This document shows positions 39,457-52,823 of a DNA stretch of 64,000 nt, one piece after another; within the stretch, counting starts at the first letter, position 1; each line of letters starts with the position of its first letter. The position numbers were made by a program, and so were the translations under genes. This DNA is from Octopus vulgaris (taxonomy: Eukaryota). The stretch spans positions 12,586,001-12,650,000 of the forward strand of contig OX597817.1 of assembly GCA_951406725.2 (NCBI GenBank), given 5' to 3'. Below the pieces are notes generated by a model. That model searched no databases and had not been told where the DNA came from. It was given only the letters and a program-made list of their open reading frames with translations.

Positions 39457-42400
39457 AATCAAATAAACAAATCACCAAAACAATTAAAACCATCCACTCT
39501 CGCCTCAACATTTCTGCTTAATGCCCAAGGCATCAGCCCTTCCACCAATACACAAAAATGGAAGATAAGATTCCTGGAGGACTGGGTCGAGGCCCATCCA
39601 AACCACATCCCTTTCTTCGTCCTCACTGAAACCCATCTTAGTGACCTCCACTTGGAAGCCGAGGTGAAAGTTAAAAATTTCAAAACCATTCGTGCTGATC
39701 GTGTTGGCAGAAGAAAGGGTGGGACTGCCATTTATGTCCATGATTCATTCTCAACAGAAGCCATGAACATATTTTCGAATGGATACTTCGAAGCAGTCGC
39801 TGTATTCAGTCAAACCAACAACTTAACAGTAGTTGGGCTCTACAGACCACCCCAAACGCCCCTACCATGCTTCAAGGAATGCCTCAACAGCATAAAGTGT
39901 TTCATTCAGCAGTGTCAACCTGACAACATTTTAATGATGGGAGATTTCAACCTTCCCGGGGTTGACTGGTCTACAAACAGTCTGTCGCCAGGTTCTTCTC
40001 TCTCAACCCCTGACAGGGAGGCAGTGGAATCGCTTCTTGACTTCATGGATGACTTCTTCTTGTCCCAACTGGTACTCGAACCAACGAGATGTCACAAAAA
40101 CGTCTTAGACTTAATTTTCAGCAATCACACTGATACTATCCACAATATTGCAGTGGAGAAAACCCTACTCTCCGACCATGACATGGTTCTCTGTGATCTG
40201 AGATTTCACTGGCCAAAATGCAAAACAAATGTCATCCCTCCTGTTCATCCATTTGACACTATGGATTTCCACAATGCAAACTGGGAAGCGATCAATAATG
40301 ATCTTGCACAAGTCGATTGGTCCTTCACGCACACATACACACCCACTAACATCAAAAAGTCCTGGCAGTCACTTGTAGACACCATCACGAACATATGTGC
40401 AAGACACACCCCATTAAGATCTGCAAACAAATCTAAGTGTCGAATCCCTAGAAATAGAAAATCTCTCATAAGGAAAATTAAAAGAATCAACAAAAAGATC
40501 AACATGCTGAAATACTGTCAACAGCAACACACCAACCTGACTGCCATCTCGTCGCTAGAGATTAAAAAACATAAACTCCAAAACAACATGATGTCTATCA
40601 TCAATAGTCAGCGAAGAGCTGAAGAGGCCTGGGCCATTGAGAAGATCAAACTCAATCCCAAAGTGTTCTTTTCATTTGCAAAAAAACACAGAGTCACTGG
40701 TTCTACTGTTGGCCCTCTGATTGATGAAAATGGTATTCTTCAAGACAATGCCAAAACCATGGGAGAAATATTGCAGAAACAATATTGCTCTGTTTTCAGC
40801 AATCCTGATATGACTGATCTGGGCTGTATCAGTGATGTTACTCCCCAATACACTTTATCGGACATAACATTTGGCGCTCCTGATGTCTTAGCAGCAATAA
40901 AGGAAATGAAGCATAATTCAGCAGTAGGTCCCGATAGGTTCCCTGCTTGTGTCTTGAAGATGTGTCAAAACCAACTTGCACCCCCTCTAGCCAATCTGTG
41001 GCGGAACTCATTGGATGCTGGATATATACCAGAAGACCTTCTATCCCAGTTTGTTGTCCCAGTTTTCAAAAAAGGAAACAAATCGCTTGCCGTGAATTAC
41101 CGTCCAATCTCACTCACCTCTCATATCATCAAGGTATTTGAGAGGGTGCTGAGATCGCGTATGACTCACTTCCTTGAGAGTCATAATATGCTGAACCCCA
41201 ACCAGCATGGATTCCGTAATGGGAGAGATTGCCTGACGCAGCTACTGCATCATTTTGATGACATTTTGAGAGCCTTGGGAGAGGGTTCCAACACTGATGT
41301 CATCTACCTTGATTTCAGCAAGGCCTTTGACAGGGTTGATCATAAGATCCTTCTGAGAAAGCTGTCCAATATTGGTGTCACTGGAAAGCTGCTGCAATGG
41401 ATCAAGTGCTTCCTCTCTAACAGAACCCAACATGTTGTAGTCGAAGGAGTCAAATCCAGCCCAGCCAAAGTCAGCAGTGGTGTCCCACAAGGCACTGTGT
41501 TGGGCCCACTTCTCTTCATCATCTACATAAATGATATTACTGACACCATCAAACACAGCAACATCAGAACCTTCGCTGATGATTCCAAGCTCCAGAAGGT
41601 CATCAATGGCGTGGATGACCGAATAAACCTTCAGTCAGACCTACTAGCTGTTGTCCAATGGGCGGAAAAGAATAACATGTTGCTAAATGAAGACAAATTC
41701 GAACTGATCCACTTTGGAAGGGAGGACGCTCTGAAACTCCCATACTCTCTTCCTTCTGGAGAAATTCTCATGGCATCCAACAACATCAGAGACCTGGGAG
41801 TAACAGTGGACAACAACATAAGCTGGGCTACACATATAAGCAGCAAAGTTGACATGGCCCGCAGAATGTGTTCCTGGATTCTCAGAACCTTCCAGTCGAG
41901 AGATTCCCACGCTATTATCCTTCTCTTCTCCACTTTTGCCCGACCCCACCTTGAATACTGCTGTCCACTGTGGTCTCCCTACACAAAACAAAATATTATG
42001 AGAATTGAAGCTCCCCAAAGGTCAATCACAAAAAAGATAGATGGCATGTCAGACCTTGACTACTGGGGTAGACTAGAGAAGCTGAAATTGTATTCACTCC
42101 AACGACGCCGTGAACGCTACATTATCTGTATGATGTGGAAAATATTCCATCAGCACTGTCCGAATGATGTTGGCATCACCTTCAAAATGCATCCAAGGCT
42201 TGGACCACGTGCCATCCGTCCACAACAAAAATCTAAATCGCATCACATAACGACAATACGGCACAACTATTTCACCTCAATTGGACCCGCTCTCTTCAAC
42301 ATTACACCAGGACACGTCAAAAAAGAAACTGACCACACAAAATTCAAGAAGTCTTTGGACAAATTCCTTCAAACAGTACCGGACAAACCATCCACACCCG

Positions 42401-42459
42401 GATATGTCTCCGCAAACAATAACTCTCTGCTCGAATGGGCCTTGGTGCCCAAATCCTGA
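39457..42459 (+). CDS. LINE ORF2 (apurinic-like endonuclease + reverse transcriptase), CR1 group; uninterrupted ~1000 codons, 5'-truncated element ending ~42546
   Basis: EN motifs LNAQG, LTETHL, GGTAIY, LYRPP, MGDFN, LDLIF, SDHD; RT motifs [39 protein letters not shown]; C-terminal PDKP..GY...NNSL; 3' tail (TTCTAAGTTA)2. Confidence 0.95.
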   Translation, partial: NQINKSPKQLKPSTLASTFLLNAQGISPSTNTQKWKIRFLEDWVEAHPNHIPFFVLTETHLSDLHLEAEVKVKNFKTIRADRVGRRKGGTAIYVHDSFSTEAMNIFSNGYFEAVAVFSQTNNLTVVGLYRPPQTPLPCFKECLNSIKCFIQQCQPDNILMMGDFNLPGVDWSTNSLSPGSSLSTPDREAVESLLDFMDDFFLSQLVLEPTRCHKNVLDLIFSNHTDTIHNIAVEKTLLSDHDMVLCDLRFHWPKCKTNVIPPVHPFDTMDFHNANWEAINNDLAQVDWSFTHTYTPTNIKKSWQSLVDTITNICARHTPLRSANKSKCRIPRNRKSLIRKIKRINKKINMLKYCQQQHTNLTAISSLEIKKHKLQNNMMSIINSQRRAEEAWAIEKIKLNPKVFFSFAKKHRVTGSTVGPLIDENGILQDNAKTMGEILQKQYCSVFSNPDMTDLGCISDVTPQYTLSDITFGAPDVLAAIKEMKHNSAVGPDRFPACVLKMCQNQLAPPLANLWRNSLDAGYIPEDLLSQFVVPVFKKGNKSLAVNYRPISLTSHIIKVFERVLRSRMTHFLESHNMLNPNQHGFRNGRDCLTQLLHHFDDILRALGEGSNTDVIYLDFSKAFDRVDHKILLRKLSNIGVTGKLLQWIKCFLSNRTQHVVVEGVKSSPAKVSSGVPQGTVLGPLLFIIYINDITDTIKHSNIRTFADDSKLQKVINGVDDRINLQSDLLAVVQWAEKNNMLLNEDKFELIHFGREDALKLPYSLPSGEILMASNNIRDLGVTVDNNISWATHISSKVDMARRMCSWILRTFQSRDSHAIILLFSTFARPHLEYCCPLWSPYTKQNIMRIEAPQRSITKKIDGMSDLDYWGRLEKLKLYSLQRRRERYIICMMWKIFHQHCPNDVGITFKMHPRLGPRAIRPQQKSKSHHITTIRHNYFTSIGPALFNITPGHVKKETDHTKFKKSLDKFLQTVPDKPSTPGYVSANNNSLLEWALVPKS

Positions 42460-42545
42460 ACTGAAAGACTTCGCCAGGTGGTGCTATTAAGTTAGACATG
42501 GCCTGGGCCAATACTGGCCAAAAACCTTTCTAAGTTATTCTAAGT

Positions 42546-42955
<410 letters not shown>

Positions 42956-43134
42956 ACGACGGGCCTCTTTCTGTTTTCGTCTACCAAATCCACCTCACAA
43001 GGCTTTGATCGGCCCGATGCTATAGTAGAAGACACTTGCCCAAGATGCCACGCAGTGGGACTGAACCCGGAGCTATGTGGTTCGTAAGGAAGCTACTTAC
43101 CACACAGCCACTCCTACGCCAAAACAATGTGTAA

Positions 43135-43253
43135 CGCTTACTGCACCTAGGTTTCCCAAGCGGTCACCCATCTAAGTACTAACTAGGCTCGACGTTGCTT
43201 AACTTCGGTGATGGGACGAGAACCGGTGCTTTCAACGAGATATGGCCGTAAGC
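43135..43253 (-). rRNA. 5S: Full-length 5S rRNA copy (dispersed, probably retroposed/pseudogene)
   Basis: GCTTACGGCCATATC...AGTTAAGCAACG (box A)...AGTACTTAGATGGGTGACCGCTTGGGAA (box C)...GTAAGC; 119 nt; termini pair; TTTT 11 nt downstream. Confidence 0.9.
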
Positions 43254-44104
43254 CACATATATGTGTATGTGTGTGTGTGTGTCCCAACATCGTTTGACAA
43301 CCGATGCTGGTGTGTTTACATCCCCGTAACTTAGCGGTTCGGCAAAAGAGACCGATAGAATAAGTACTAGGCTTGTTAAGAATAAGTCCTGGGGTCGATC
43401 TACTCGACTAAAGGCGGTGCTCCAGCATGGCCACAGTCAAATAACTGGAACAAGTAAAAGGGTAACCAAAAACGTGGGATTCCGTAACAAACCAATATAT
43501 ATATCCATTTTACCGAAAGTTATGACGGAAAAATCGGATCTTGTGAATTTTCCGAAAGTCCCCTCCCCACCACCAGCGCGCATTTTTTTTTTTTTTTCAT
43601 ATTCGTTTTCTACATACTTGTTAACACCCACCAGGCTGGTTTTTTTTTTTTTGTTCCCAGGTGAAGATCTTTATATTGACCGTGTCTTCTACCGTAATCC
43701 CAGGGTTTGTTGTCCAAAGCCTTGGCAGGGAAACTATGTGGAAGCTTATCGGAAGAATCGCTCCTGTTCCTGGGTAGTAGTATTAAGCCATTGCCCATTT
43801 TATTATCACCATATGGTCTTCGGGTGCCTTTAGCGGGGTCTGCTCTATTGCAAGTATTCGAGCTAAGTCTCTAGTCTGAGGATGATGTTTTCCCTTCCTC
43901 TTACCAGTTTCAGAAGCTTAGAAGAAAGTTCATCGGTGCTTTACTTCCACTTTTAACGAAGTCAGATACATACGCTGTGTTTCTATATATTTGGTGGAAC
44001 AAGCTCAATACATGTCGGTTGTGGGGGAGAGAAATAAAATACATTTTGTTGGAGTAACGGTTATGGATTAAATATTTATATTCACTCTGTAGCTTATCTC
44101 TAAA

Positions 44105-44870
44105 TATATTTCTTTATTTACCTATAAAAAGGTTCACATAGAGGGGACGTTACAAGGACTGACAAGGGACATGTAGGGTACAGACACGCTTCTTATATAC
44201 AAGATGAAAAGACAGATGGATTTACATATATTCTACGGATGGGAGTTAAAAATATACGTGATGATTGGATGGAAATTGGGTTCCGGGTTAGTGAATTAAC
44301 CCGCCAGTTGGTTATCCCTTTTGGTAAACTTTTCCCTTTCTTTTATGCCCCGACCGACCGTGCAAGCACAACCTCGTGCATTCTCATCTTTCTTACCACT
44401 GTCATCCATCTTTTTCCAAACGCTCATTGCAGCAGGATCCTCCCCTCCAGACGGATCTTGCTGGACAGGTGGGCGGCGAAGTAATTCACCAGCCCACGTC
44501 TGGAAATGAATTGACCTATCGCAATAATCTCTTTCGCTCGCGTCTTCCATACCACATCTTTCAGTATGGCTACTACGCAGAGAAAAGCTACCTTCTTTTC
44601 TTTGGTGAAAGAGGAAGGTGGTACAATCTTTATCATGGACTCAGACGAGAGCCGTACTCTTTCTGCATCCGACTTCAGTTATTCGGCAAAGGCCATCAAC
44701 TCCCTCAACTCCTCACAGAGTACGAAGGCGTGCATAATCGTTTCACTGGCTCGCCCGCACCTCGGACACGTGGGGGAAGTGTCAAAACCATGCCTTGACA
44801 ACCTTTCTCGAACCGGTAAAGCCGATCGGTAGCACAACCAGGTCAAAGATTTCTGGTGTAACTTTTCTCT
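44105..44870 (-). mobile_element. 3' end of an L1/Tx1-type LINE (C-terminal CCHC zinc knuckle + ~240-nt 3' UTR)
   Basis: ALPVRERLSRHG...CPRCGRASETIMHAFVLC (C-x2-C-x8-H-x4-C, 44715-44768), VVWKTR; internal stops. Confidence 0.8.
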
Positions 44871-45206
44871 ATATACTTTATTCTAAGTGACCGAACAGAT
44901 TATTTTTGAACTTGTCACTCCTGGAATATATATAATGCATCCCATTGACAAGAGTCAAAAAGCTTGAAACATCGATGTTTGGGATTCCTGACAGATGGCG
45001 ACACTGAACAAACCGGGTGTTTTCACACCATTTTACCATAAAAGCGATATTTTCTCTACGGTAATTGCAGTGAATTTGTTTTTTAGCTGTTGCCATATGT
45101 CACAAACATATTTCAACTAATCTAAATTTTGCTTATGTTTAAACACTGCTTGGCGCTAACATTTCGTTATATAAATAAATAAATATATTTCAGGAAGAGA
45201 GAGAGA

Positions 45207-45605
45207 CGCAGGAGTGGCTGTGTGGTAAGTAGCTTGCTTACCAACCACACGGTTCCGGGTTCAGTCCCACTGCGTGGAACCTTGGGCAAGTGTCTTCTAC
45301 TATAGCCTCGGGCCGACTAAAGCCTTGTGAGTGGATTTGGTAGACGGAAACTGAAAGAAGCCCGTCGTATATATGTATATGTGTGTGTGTGTGTGTGTGT
45401 TTGTGTGTCTGTGTTTGTCCCCTTAGCATTGCTTGACAGCCGATGCTGGTGTGTTTACGTCCCCGTAACTTAGCGGTTCGGCAAAAGAGACCGATAGAAT
45501 AAGTACTGGGCTTACAAAGAATAAGTCCCGGGGTCGATTTGCTCGACCAAAAGGCGGTGCTCCAGCATGGCCGCAGTCAAATGACTGAAACAAGTAAAAG
45601 AGAGA
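45207..45605 (+). mobile_element. SINE family A
   Basis: Family match. Confidence 0.9.
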
Positions 45606-46059
45606 AAGAGAGAAAGAGAGAGAAATGATTTTATTATTCTTAATCGGCAGAAACTTTCGGCTCGTGAGTCACTCTTGTGACTTTCTGCCTATCAAAAATT
45701 ATGCATAAATGTATATCCGTTCATTTACAAAACATCTTTGGCCGTTGGTAAAAACAAACAAACAACAATTTATTGACGAAACACGAAACAAAACCGAGCT
45801 GAGGGAGATTAACTGAAATGTTAGAAAAGCGAACAAAATGTGTTCTAAAATAACAAGAGATTTAGGTTCAGACAGTTGACTTAATTATCTGTTGTTATTG
45901 ACATAACATTAATGTTACGTTAGCTTAGCTGCCTTGCTTGTCTACACATATCCTATAATAGATGGTATTGCTTGTACGGAACAGTTTTAGATTTTTCATG
46001 GTTTTAAGTAAAACAGTAAAATATGATCATACTATCGTACGGACAATCGATAATAATCA

Positions 46060-46360
46060 TCATGAGGTTGTGAGCTCGAATCCCGGACCGGGCTGCGTGT
46101 TGTGTTCTTGAGCAAGACACTTTATTTCACGTTGCTCCAGTTCACTCAGCTGTAGAAATGAGTTGCGACGTCACTGGTGCCAAGCTGTATCGACCTTTGT
46201 GTTTCCCGTGGATAACATCAGTGGCGTGGAGAGGCAAGGCTGGTATGCATGGGCGACTGCTGGTCTTCCATAAACAACCTTGCCCGGACTTTTGTCTAGG
46301 AGGGTAACTTTCTAGGTGCAATCCCATGGTCATTCATGACCGAAGGGGGTCTTTACCCTA
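46060..46360 (+). mobile_element. Fourth SINE type (5'-eroded tRNA head, TTCTTGAGCAAGACACTT core, CTTTACC tail)
   Basis: B-box-like GAGCTCGAATCCC; single copy in the window. Confidence 0.6.
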
Positions 46361-46694
46361 ATAATAATAATAATAATGATGATGATGATAATAGGCACAA
46401 GGCCTGAAATTTGGGGAGCGGAGTAAGTCGATTACATCGACTCCAGTACTCAACAGGTACTTATTTCATCGACCACGAAAAGACGAAAGGCAAAGTCGAC
46501 CTCGGCGGAATTTGAACTCAGAACGTAGCGGCAGACGAAATACCGAAAAGACGGACGAAATGCCGCTAAGCATTGTCCAGCGTGCTGACGATTCTACCAG
46601 CTCGTTGAATAATAACAGAGACTACGAGATATTTGAATGTACCGCCACATTTAGGTTAGCTTTTTTTTATGTATTTGAAACGCGCGCACACACA

Positions 46695-46739
<45 letters not shown>

Positions 46740-46951
46740 CTATCCTTCAGTCATTGGATTTCGGCCATGCCCAAGAACTGCCTTCAAAGATTTTAATCGA
46801 ACAAATCGACCCCAGTGCGTTTTTTTAAAAAATCGGGTACTTATTCTGTCGATCTTTTTTGCCGAATCGCTATTTTACGAGGACGTAAAGAAACCAGCAC
46901 TGGTTGTTGGTTGTCAAACTGTAGTGGGAAGAAGCACAAACACAAATATAT

Positions 46952-47007
<56 letters not shown>

Positions 47008-47036
47008 TATTGATTGATTCCAGTTCCAGCTATGAG

Positions 47037-47085
<49 letters not shown>

Positions 47086-47262
47086 CATACATATACACGC
47101 ACATACAACGGGCTTCGTTCAGTTTCCGTCTACCAAATCCACTCCCAAGGCTTTGGTCGACCCGAGGCTATAGAAGAAGACACTTGCCCAATGTGTCACG
47201 CAGTGGGACTGAACCTGGAACCATGTGGTTAGTAAGTAAGCTACTTACCACACAGCCACTCC
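46740..47262 (-). mobile_element. Diverged SINE-A carrying a LINE 3' tip in its (TA)n
   Basis: Family match; insert at 47009-47040. Confidence 0.8.
47009..47040 (-). mobile_element. 32-bp 3' tip of the same LINE family as 5338-6375
   Basis: Minus strand ACAGCTCATAGCTGGAACTGGAATCAATCAAT versus ACAGCTCATGAGCTGAAACTAGAATCAATCAAT at ~6332-6364; (TA)n on both sides. Confidence 0.8.
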
Positions 47263-48134
47263 TAGATATTCTATCCAGCACTGATTTTTGCTGCAACGTT
47301 TCGTATCGAGACATCAGATGTAAACAGTTGATGTGATCAAAGACAAAAGTGGGTGATGAGTGTATATACGATATTTCGGGGATTGTTGCCGCTTCTTCGG
47401 CATAAGAAAGTACCACGTACCTACAAATCTTTAATGTTTACGTGTAACCAATGGTGGCTCGAGTGTAGGCACTACAGAACTGCAGCACCCCCTATTTGCA
47501 CTCAATATTATCGATAACATTAAATATAATGAGTCCTTTTTTTCTTTTATTCTTTCTTTTTACTTGTACATTATATAACCCTTAAGCTTACTGTCAGAAG
47601 CCATCCCCTAGTTTATGAAAACAATACAAAAATCCTTGTATAGAACTGTGCGCTTCACAGCTCCAGTGACGCGGTGTTTGGTTGTTGTGCGCATGCTCAC
47701 ATTCCGAGATAGGAATCTGCACGCTAGGGAGACAGAGCACTGTGGTTCACGCAGTGCCAACCCTTGTGTGCTGGTGAAAGGTGGTGTTTCTTTTTGACTC
47801 CGCGTGTGTTGTGCTTAAAAACATGTTTATATTAAATGTGATAAAGTATAGAATTATATAATAATCCTGCTTCCTGCTACAGTGTTCCTGTCAGGATTTG
47901 AAAAATAGGGCACATTCTCCCCCTACACCACACACATACACATACACCACACACATACACATACACATGCAATAAAAGTCAAATCTCTTGTTTTGCTGTT
48001 GTTCTTTTTGTGTTTTTTTGGGGGGAGGGTGTTTTGTTAATCATATGGCTTTGGAAGAACTTTTTAGAGTCATTACTTTATTTGACCAAACTCCCGCGTT
48101 TACTTCATTTAAAGCCTCTTTAAATGAAGTAATA

Positions 48135-48532
48135 AATATATATCATGAAATTATTGTATACAGTGCTCAGGTGCACCACAACATGTCAAAAGTGCGTATA
48201 AAGCATATGCAGTAATGCACAAATGTCTGGAAAGCGAACAGTGTATGAGTCAGATACATGCTTGCGTGTGGAGGGGGGGATCGGGTGTAGTGTTGGCGAA
48301 TCTCAGGAAGCATGGAAGTTTTTAAGGATGCAGTGCTCCGACAACTAACAACTGATGCCGGCAGTCTGTTCCATGCTTCAGCAACTCTCAGCGTGAAAAA
48401 ATGTTTCCTGAAGTCATGGGAGCTGTGCTATTTTCTGACTTTGTAAATATGTCCACGGGTGTTAGACGGGTGGAGTTTGAAAAGGTGCTCAGAGTTATTG
48501 TTTGTAAGATGTTTAATAATTTTATGGGTGTC
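48135..48532 (-). mobile_element. CR1-type LINE 3' fragment
   Basis: NTRGHIYKV...FRKHFFTLRVAEAWNRLPASVV followed by 3' UTR and an A-rich end. Confidence 0.85.
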
Positions 48533-49312
48533 GGAGTCTCAATGTGTCCATACCCGGGGAAGTAAGGCGTTCAGAATAATGTCAGCCTAGCCCCTTTCAG
48601 AAAACACAAACGCTACTCATTCATATCAAGAAAAATATTTTTTTTAAAAACTTTTCCATGAACAAAACACAAATTAGGGCCCTTGCAGTCGCGAAAGCAC
48701 ATCTTAGCCACATCACAATGACGGACCCTTTTCTCCAGCCCATAGCAATTATTGACATTCTACAAAGTCCACGGTGGGTCCACAATGGAGTATTGCTCTC
48801 ACACTCAATTTCCTGTGATGTGTTGGTGGCTGCTAACATCGGAAAAACCAAAACAAATCCTGACGTCATAACCTCTTCACACTGGACGATCCCGTAGAAT
48901 TTCATATTCACGTCACACCTACATCAGTAGTCGTGTCCTACTTAATAACATTCTTACGGAAACAAAATTAATGAATGTAAAATACTATTGCGTATAACTA
49001 ATAATATATTTCGCGTAATATAAGAGAAATGAGTTTTAAAAATTGTTTAGAATGTGTTATGGCGCCTTTTTTAAGTGCTCGCTCTTACTAACTTTAGAAC
49101 CTGGCTGCTCTGTTGTCTGAAACCGCTCACTTGTGGACTCCTCCCATCTTTTAGATTAGTGGTTTCTTCAATGGCGTGTAATTAAGTGCACAGACTACAC
49201 AGAGAAGCCACATTATGTAGGTGTGTTTGCTGTAGTTGAAGGTATGTTATGTTATAAAAACACTAAAGGTGGACTGCCAATTTGGTTACTGCACATGGCG
49301 GCTTAAATCCGC

Positions 49313-49840
49313 TCTACACCTTAGGGTTTCTTATCAGAAACTCTTTCTACACCTTAGGGTTTCTTATCAGAAACTCTTTCTACACCTTAGGGTTTCTTAT
49401 CAAAAACTCTTTCTACACCTTAGGGTTTCTTATCAGAAACTCTTTCTACACCTTAGGGTTTCTTATCAGAAACTCTTTCTACACCTTAGGGTTTCTTATC
49501 AGAAACTCTTTCTACACCTTAGGGTTTCTTATCAGAAACTCTTTCTACACCTTAGGGTTTCTTATCAAAAACTCTTTCTACACCTTAGGGTTTCTTATCA
49601 AAAACTCTTTCTACACCTTAGGGTTTCTTATCAGAAACTCTTTCTACACGTTAGGGTTTCTTATCAGAAACTCTTTCTACACCTTAGGGTTTCTTATCAG
49701 AAACTCTTTCTACACGTTAGGGTTTCTTATCAGAAACTCTTTCTACACCTTAGGGTTTCTTATCAGAAACTCTTTCTACACCTTAGGGTTTCTTATCAGA
49801 AACTCTTTCTACACCTTAGGGTTTCTTATCAGAAACTCTT
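49313..49840 (+). repeat. 33-bp minisatellite, 16 copies (TCTACACCTTAGGGTTTCTTATCAGAAACTCTT)
   Basis: Counted directly; only two variant positions. Confidence 0.97.
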
Positions 49841-49844
49841 TCTG

Positions 49845-50720
49845 TCCCACAGTCTATCAACTCCGGTGTGCTCAAGGTTTTTGTACTCATTCTCTACTCA
49901 GCTTAGTCTTCTCTTCTCTTCCATCGATTTATTGCGGTTATGTCCAGCATTGCCACTATTCTTCATTTTTCATCAGCTTACCCCAGCCAAGAACTATCTA
50001 CTCACAACCTAGACACCACACGCTAAATTTCCGTACTGACTCCAAGAACAGAGACCCCAAAAGCCTTTTTAAATGAAGCAATGTCAGTCTTGTCTCTTTC
50101 AATACCAAGAAAACACAAACGCTACTCATTCATATCAAGAAAAAGATCATATATTTTTTTAACTTATCCATGAGCAAAGCGCAAATTAGGGCCCTTGCAG
50201 TCGCGAAAGCACATCTTAGCCACATCACGATGACGGACCCTTTTCTCCAGCCCATAGCAATTATTGACATTCTACAAAGTCCACGGTGGGTCCACAATGG
50301 AGTATTGCTCTCACGTTGAGGACGGTGCTACTACAGTTACGCATAGACAGCCTAAATCGCATCACTCATATATACTAGTCTCTGGGTCACAGATACGCTG
50401 TCTCCTCTCTTCTTTTCTATCACTACTACAGTATCTCACTATTAATTAGGATCTCTCTTGGCGAAAGCACATCCTTAACAGCTAGCCACATCCTAATGAA
50501 TAGTATTTCTCTCAAGGGCAAGTACATATTTCAGCCTATAGCAGGTAGGGTTCATACTACATGTTACAGACTTTCTCGCCCCATCCCTAATTTCTCCTAC
50601 TCTCATCACCTTTATGTCTAATCACCCACCCCCGGTGCAGCACTAATCACTACGCCCAGTCCTTCCTTCCTTCCTTGCCAAAATGTCGGTCTCTGGAATT
50701 GACTTGCAGTGGTTCGTGGA
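49845..50720 (+). mobile_element. Highly decayed LINE RT/C-terminal remnant; ~200 bp of it duplicated at 48600-48802
   Basis: INSGV.QG, LVSFNTKKTQ, LLTFYK...MEYCSH, LGHR..VSSLLFYHYY, LWN-like traces. Confidence 0.6.
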
Positions 50721-51769
50721 GAATATTAAGGGGTGAACCGCTCTGGTTTGTGGGCACTTACCCCTTCCTTCAAATCCTGCAAGTAAAAAAATAGAAAAGT
50801 TGACGAAAAGTCATTTTGCTGATTCAGTCACACGAATTTATCTTTCGAAACACGCCAACGGTAGGCCATTCAGTATACGGTTTCATTTTCTCTCTAACTG
50901 GTTCACCCCCTTCTCTCCCTCATTCTCTCTTTCTCTTCCCCCCCTCTCTCTCCCTCACACTAGTGTGATGTTGGTAGCAGAAACAACTATAATTTTCATA
51001 CATCCTTAAATAGTTCTTAACAGAAACTCCTCTTTCAATTAGGTTATTGGGTCAACCTCAAGTAGTCTTCCATTGTACTTCAAATATTTTTTGCTGCTTA
51101 TTCACCTAATTTTGTTTTACATTTTATTTTTCCTGTTTTTATTTGTTTTGGCCTGACTTTGTTTTCCCCTTTTATAATTGCTATTGGCAGATTTCTTGTG
51201 GTTCGATATGGATATTATCGATTTCCACAAAAGGCATTCATCATTTTCTTTTTTTCCTAAGAGTTCGCTCTCTGTCTTGCTAAGAGGTTTTAATCTTCAC
51301 GCACGATGGACAAGACATTCAAAAGTTGCCACGTGCTTATTCGCTTGGTAGGCTGAACTACTGCTGCTACTAACTCGCTGCTTTTTGTCAACTTTATTAA
51401 GAAGAAATATATTAAACGCATATGTATGAGAATAAAAATTTTTTATCTACAGATGCAATAATACCTATTTCTTTATTACCCACAAGGGGCTAAACACAGA
51501 GGGGACGAACAAGGACAGACATAGGTATTAAGTCGATTACATCGACCCCAGTGCGTAACTGGTACTTAATTTATCGACCCCGAAAGGATCACTTTGCGAA
51601 GACCCGCTTTACGAAATTTCGGATTTGCGAGTTTTATTTTTCAAGTACAAGATCCACATTTTGAATGAAGTGCGAAAGTTTCTAACTACCATAACAAATT
51701 GCTTCTCCGTATTACCGAGAAATTTATAGAGCCAAAAAAAAGCTTCTTCTAAGCAAACAACTCTAGACT

Positions 51770-51838
51770 TAATTAAATCTCAGAATGAGAGCATAATTAA
51801 ATCTCAGAATGAGAGCATAATTAAATCTCAGAATGAGA
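51770..51838 (+). repeat. 24-bp tandem repeat x~3 (TAATTAAATCTCAGAATGAGAGCA)
   Basis: Direct reading. Confidence 0.9.
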
Positions 51839-52823
51839 TTGAAACAGTAATCGCTCGATAATGTAAAGTATAGAAGCCATCTTATCATGGCTAACCACAT
51901 TGGGGAGGGGGTGTTACTGTAGCTTTATAGTCCCAAGAGATCTTCGTCTCTAGCTGGCTTTAGACACAATATCAGTGTCCTTGGAGTATTTGCAAAGGGA
52001 GGCCATCCCTTCCTCGCAGTTTTCTATAAAAAGAAATCTACCATTCCAGCTACGAGCGCTTGTGAATTGGCGATCGCGTCTACAAGTGAAAGTGTGCGCG
52101 AGTCTAGTGCCAGTGAAAGTAATTCAAAAAATGATATTTTTTTATTACAAATGACCTTGACATTTTTTTCACTTTACATAAAATATCAATTACATTCTAC
52201 TGTTGTTTTATTGCCATTCATTTACAAGTATTATAAATTTTATTGGTAAAACATTTTTCTGGGAACGAATTACGATTTATAACGTTGCTACTATGGGAAA
52301 TTATTGCTCTACTGTACGAGTTTTCACTTTACGAACGGCCTCCGGGAACAAATTAACTCGTATACCGAAGCACTACTGTATTGTGCTTCTTATATGACTT
52401 AAATTTCTCTTTCCCAGATGATCAACTATCTGGAACCACTTCATGTTTATACATACATACATACATACATACATACATACATACATACATACATACATAC
52501 ATACATACATACATACATACGTACGTACGTACGTGTCTGTGTGCGTGCGCGTTTGTGTGTGTGTCTGTATGTGTGTGCGTTTGTGTATGTGTTGTGTGAG
52601 TGAAACAGAAATGGGTTGAACGGCATTCTTTAAATAAAGAACATCGTTCAATCCATTTTCTGTTATTCATCGGTTTATATAAAGCAACAAGGGCATTCCC
52701 ACTGTATGATGACATCCGATAGCCAATAACTGTGGACGAGCCTTGCATAACATGCTACAAGATTTTTACTCACCTCTTATTTAATTATATATACATATAC
52801 ATACGTACATACATACATACATA

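Noticed and set aside
47290-47325. CTGATG...GAAACGTT hammerhead-like string on the minus strand
   Set aside because: Core A9 missing and stems I/II too weak
49313-49840. CRISPR-like palindromic 33-bp repeats
   Set aside because: No spacers, no cas genes, eukaryotic context; it is a minisatellite
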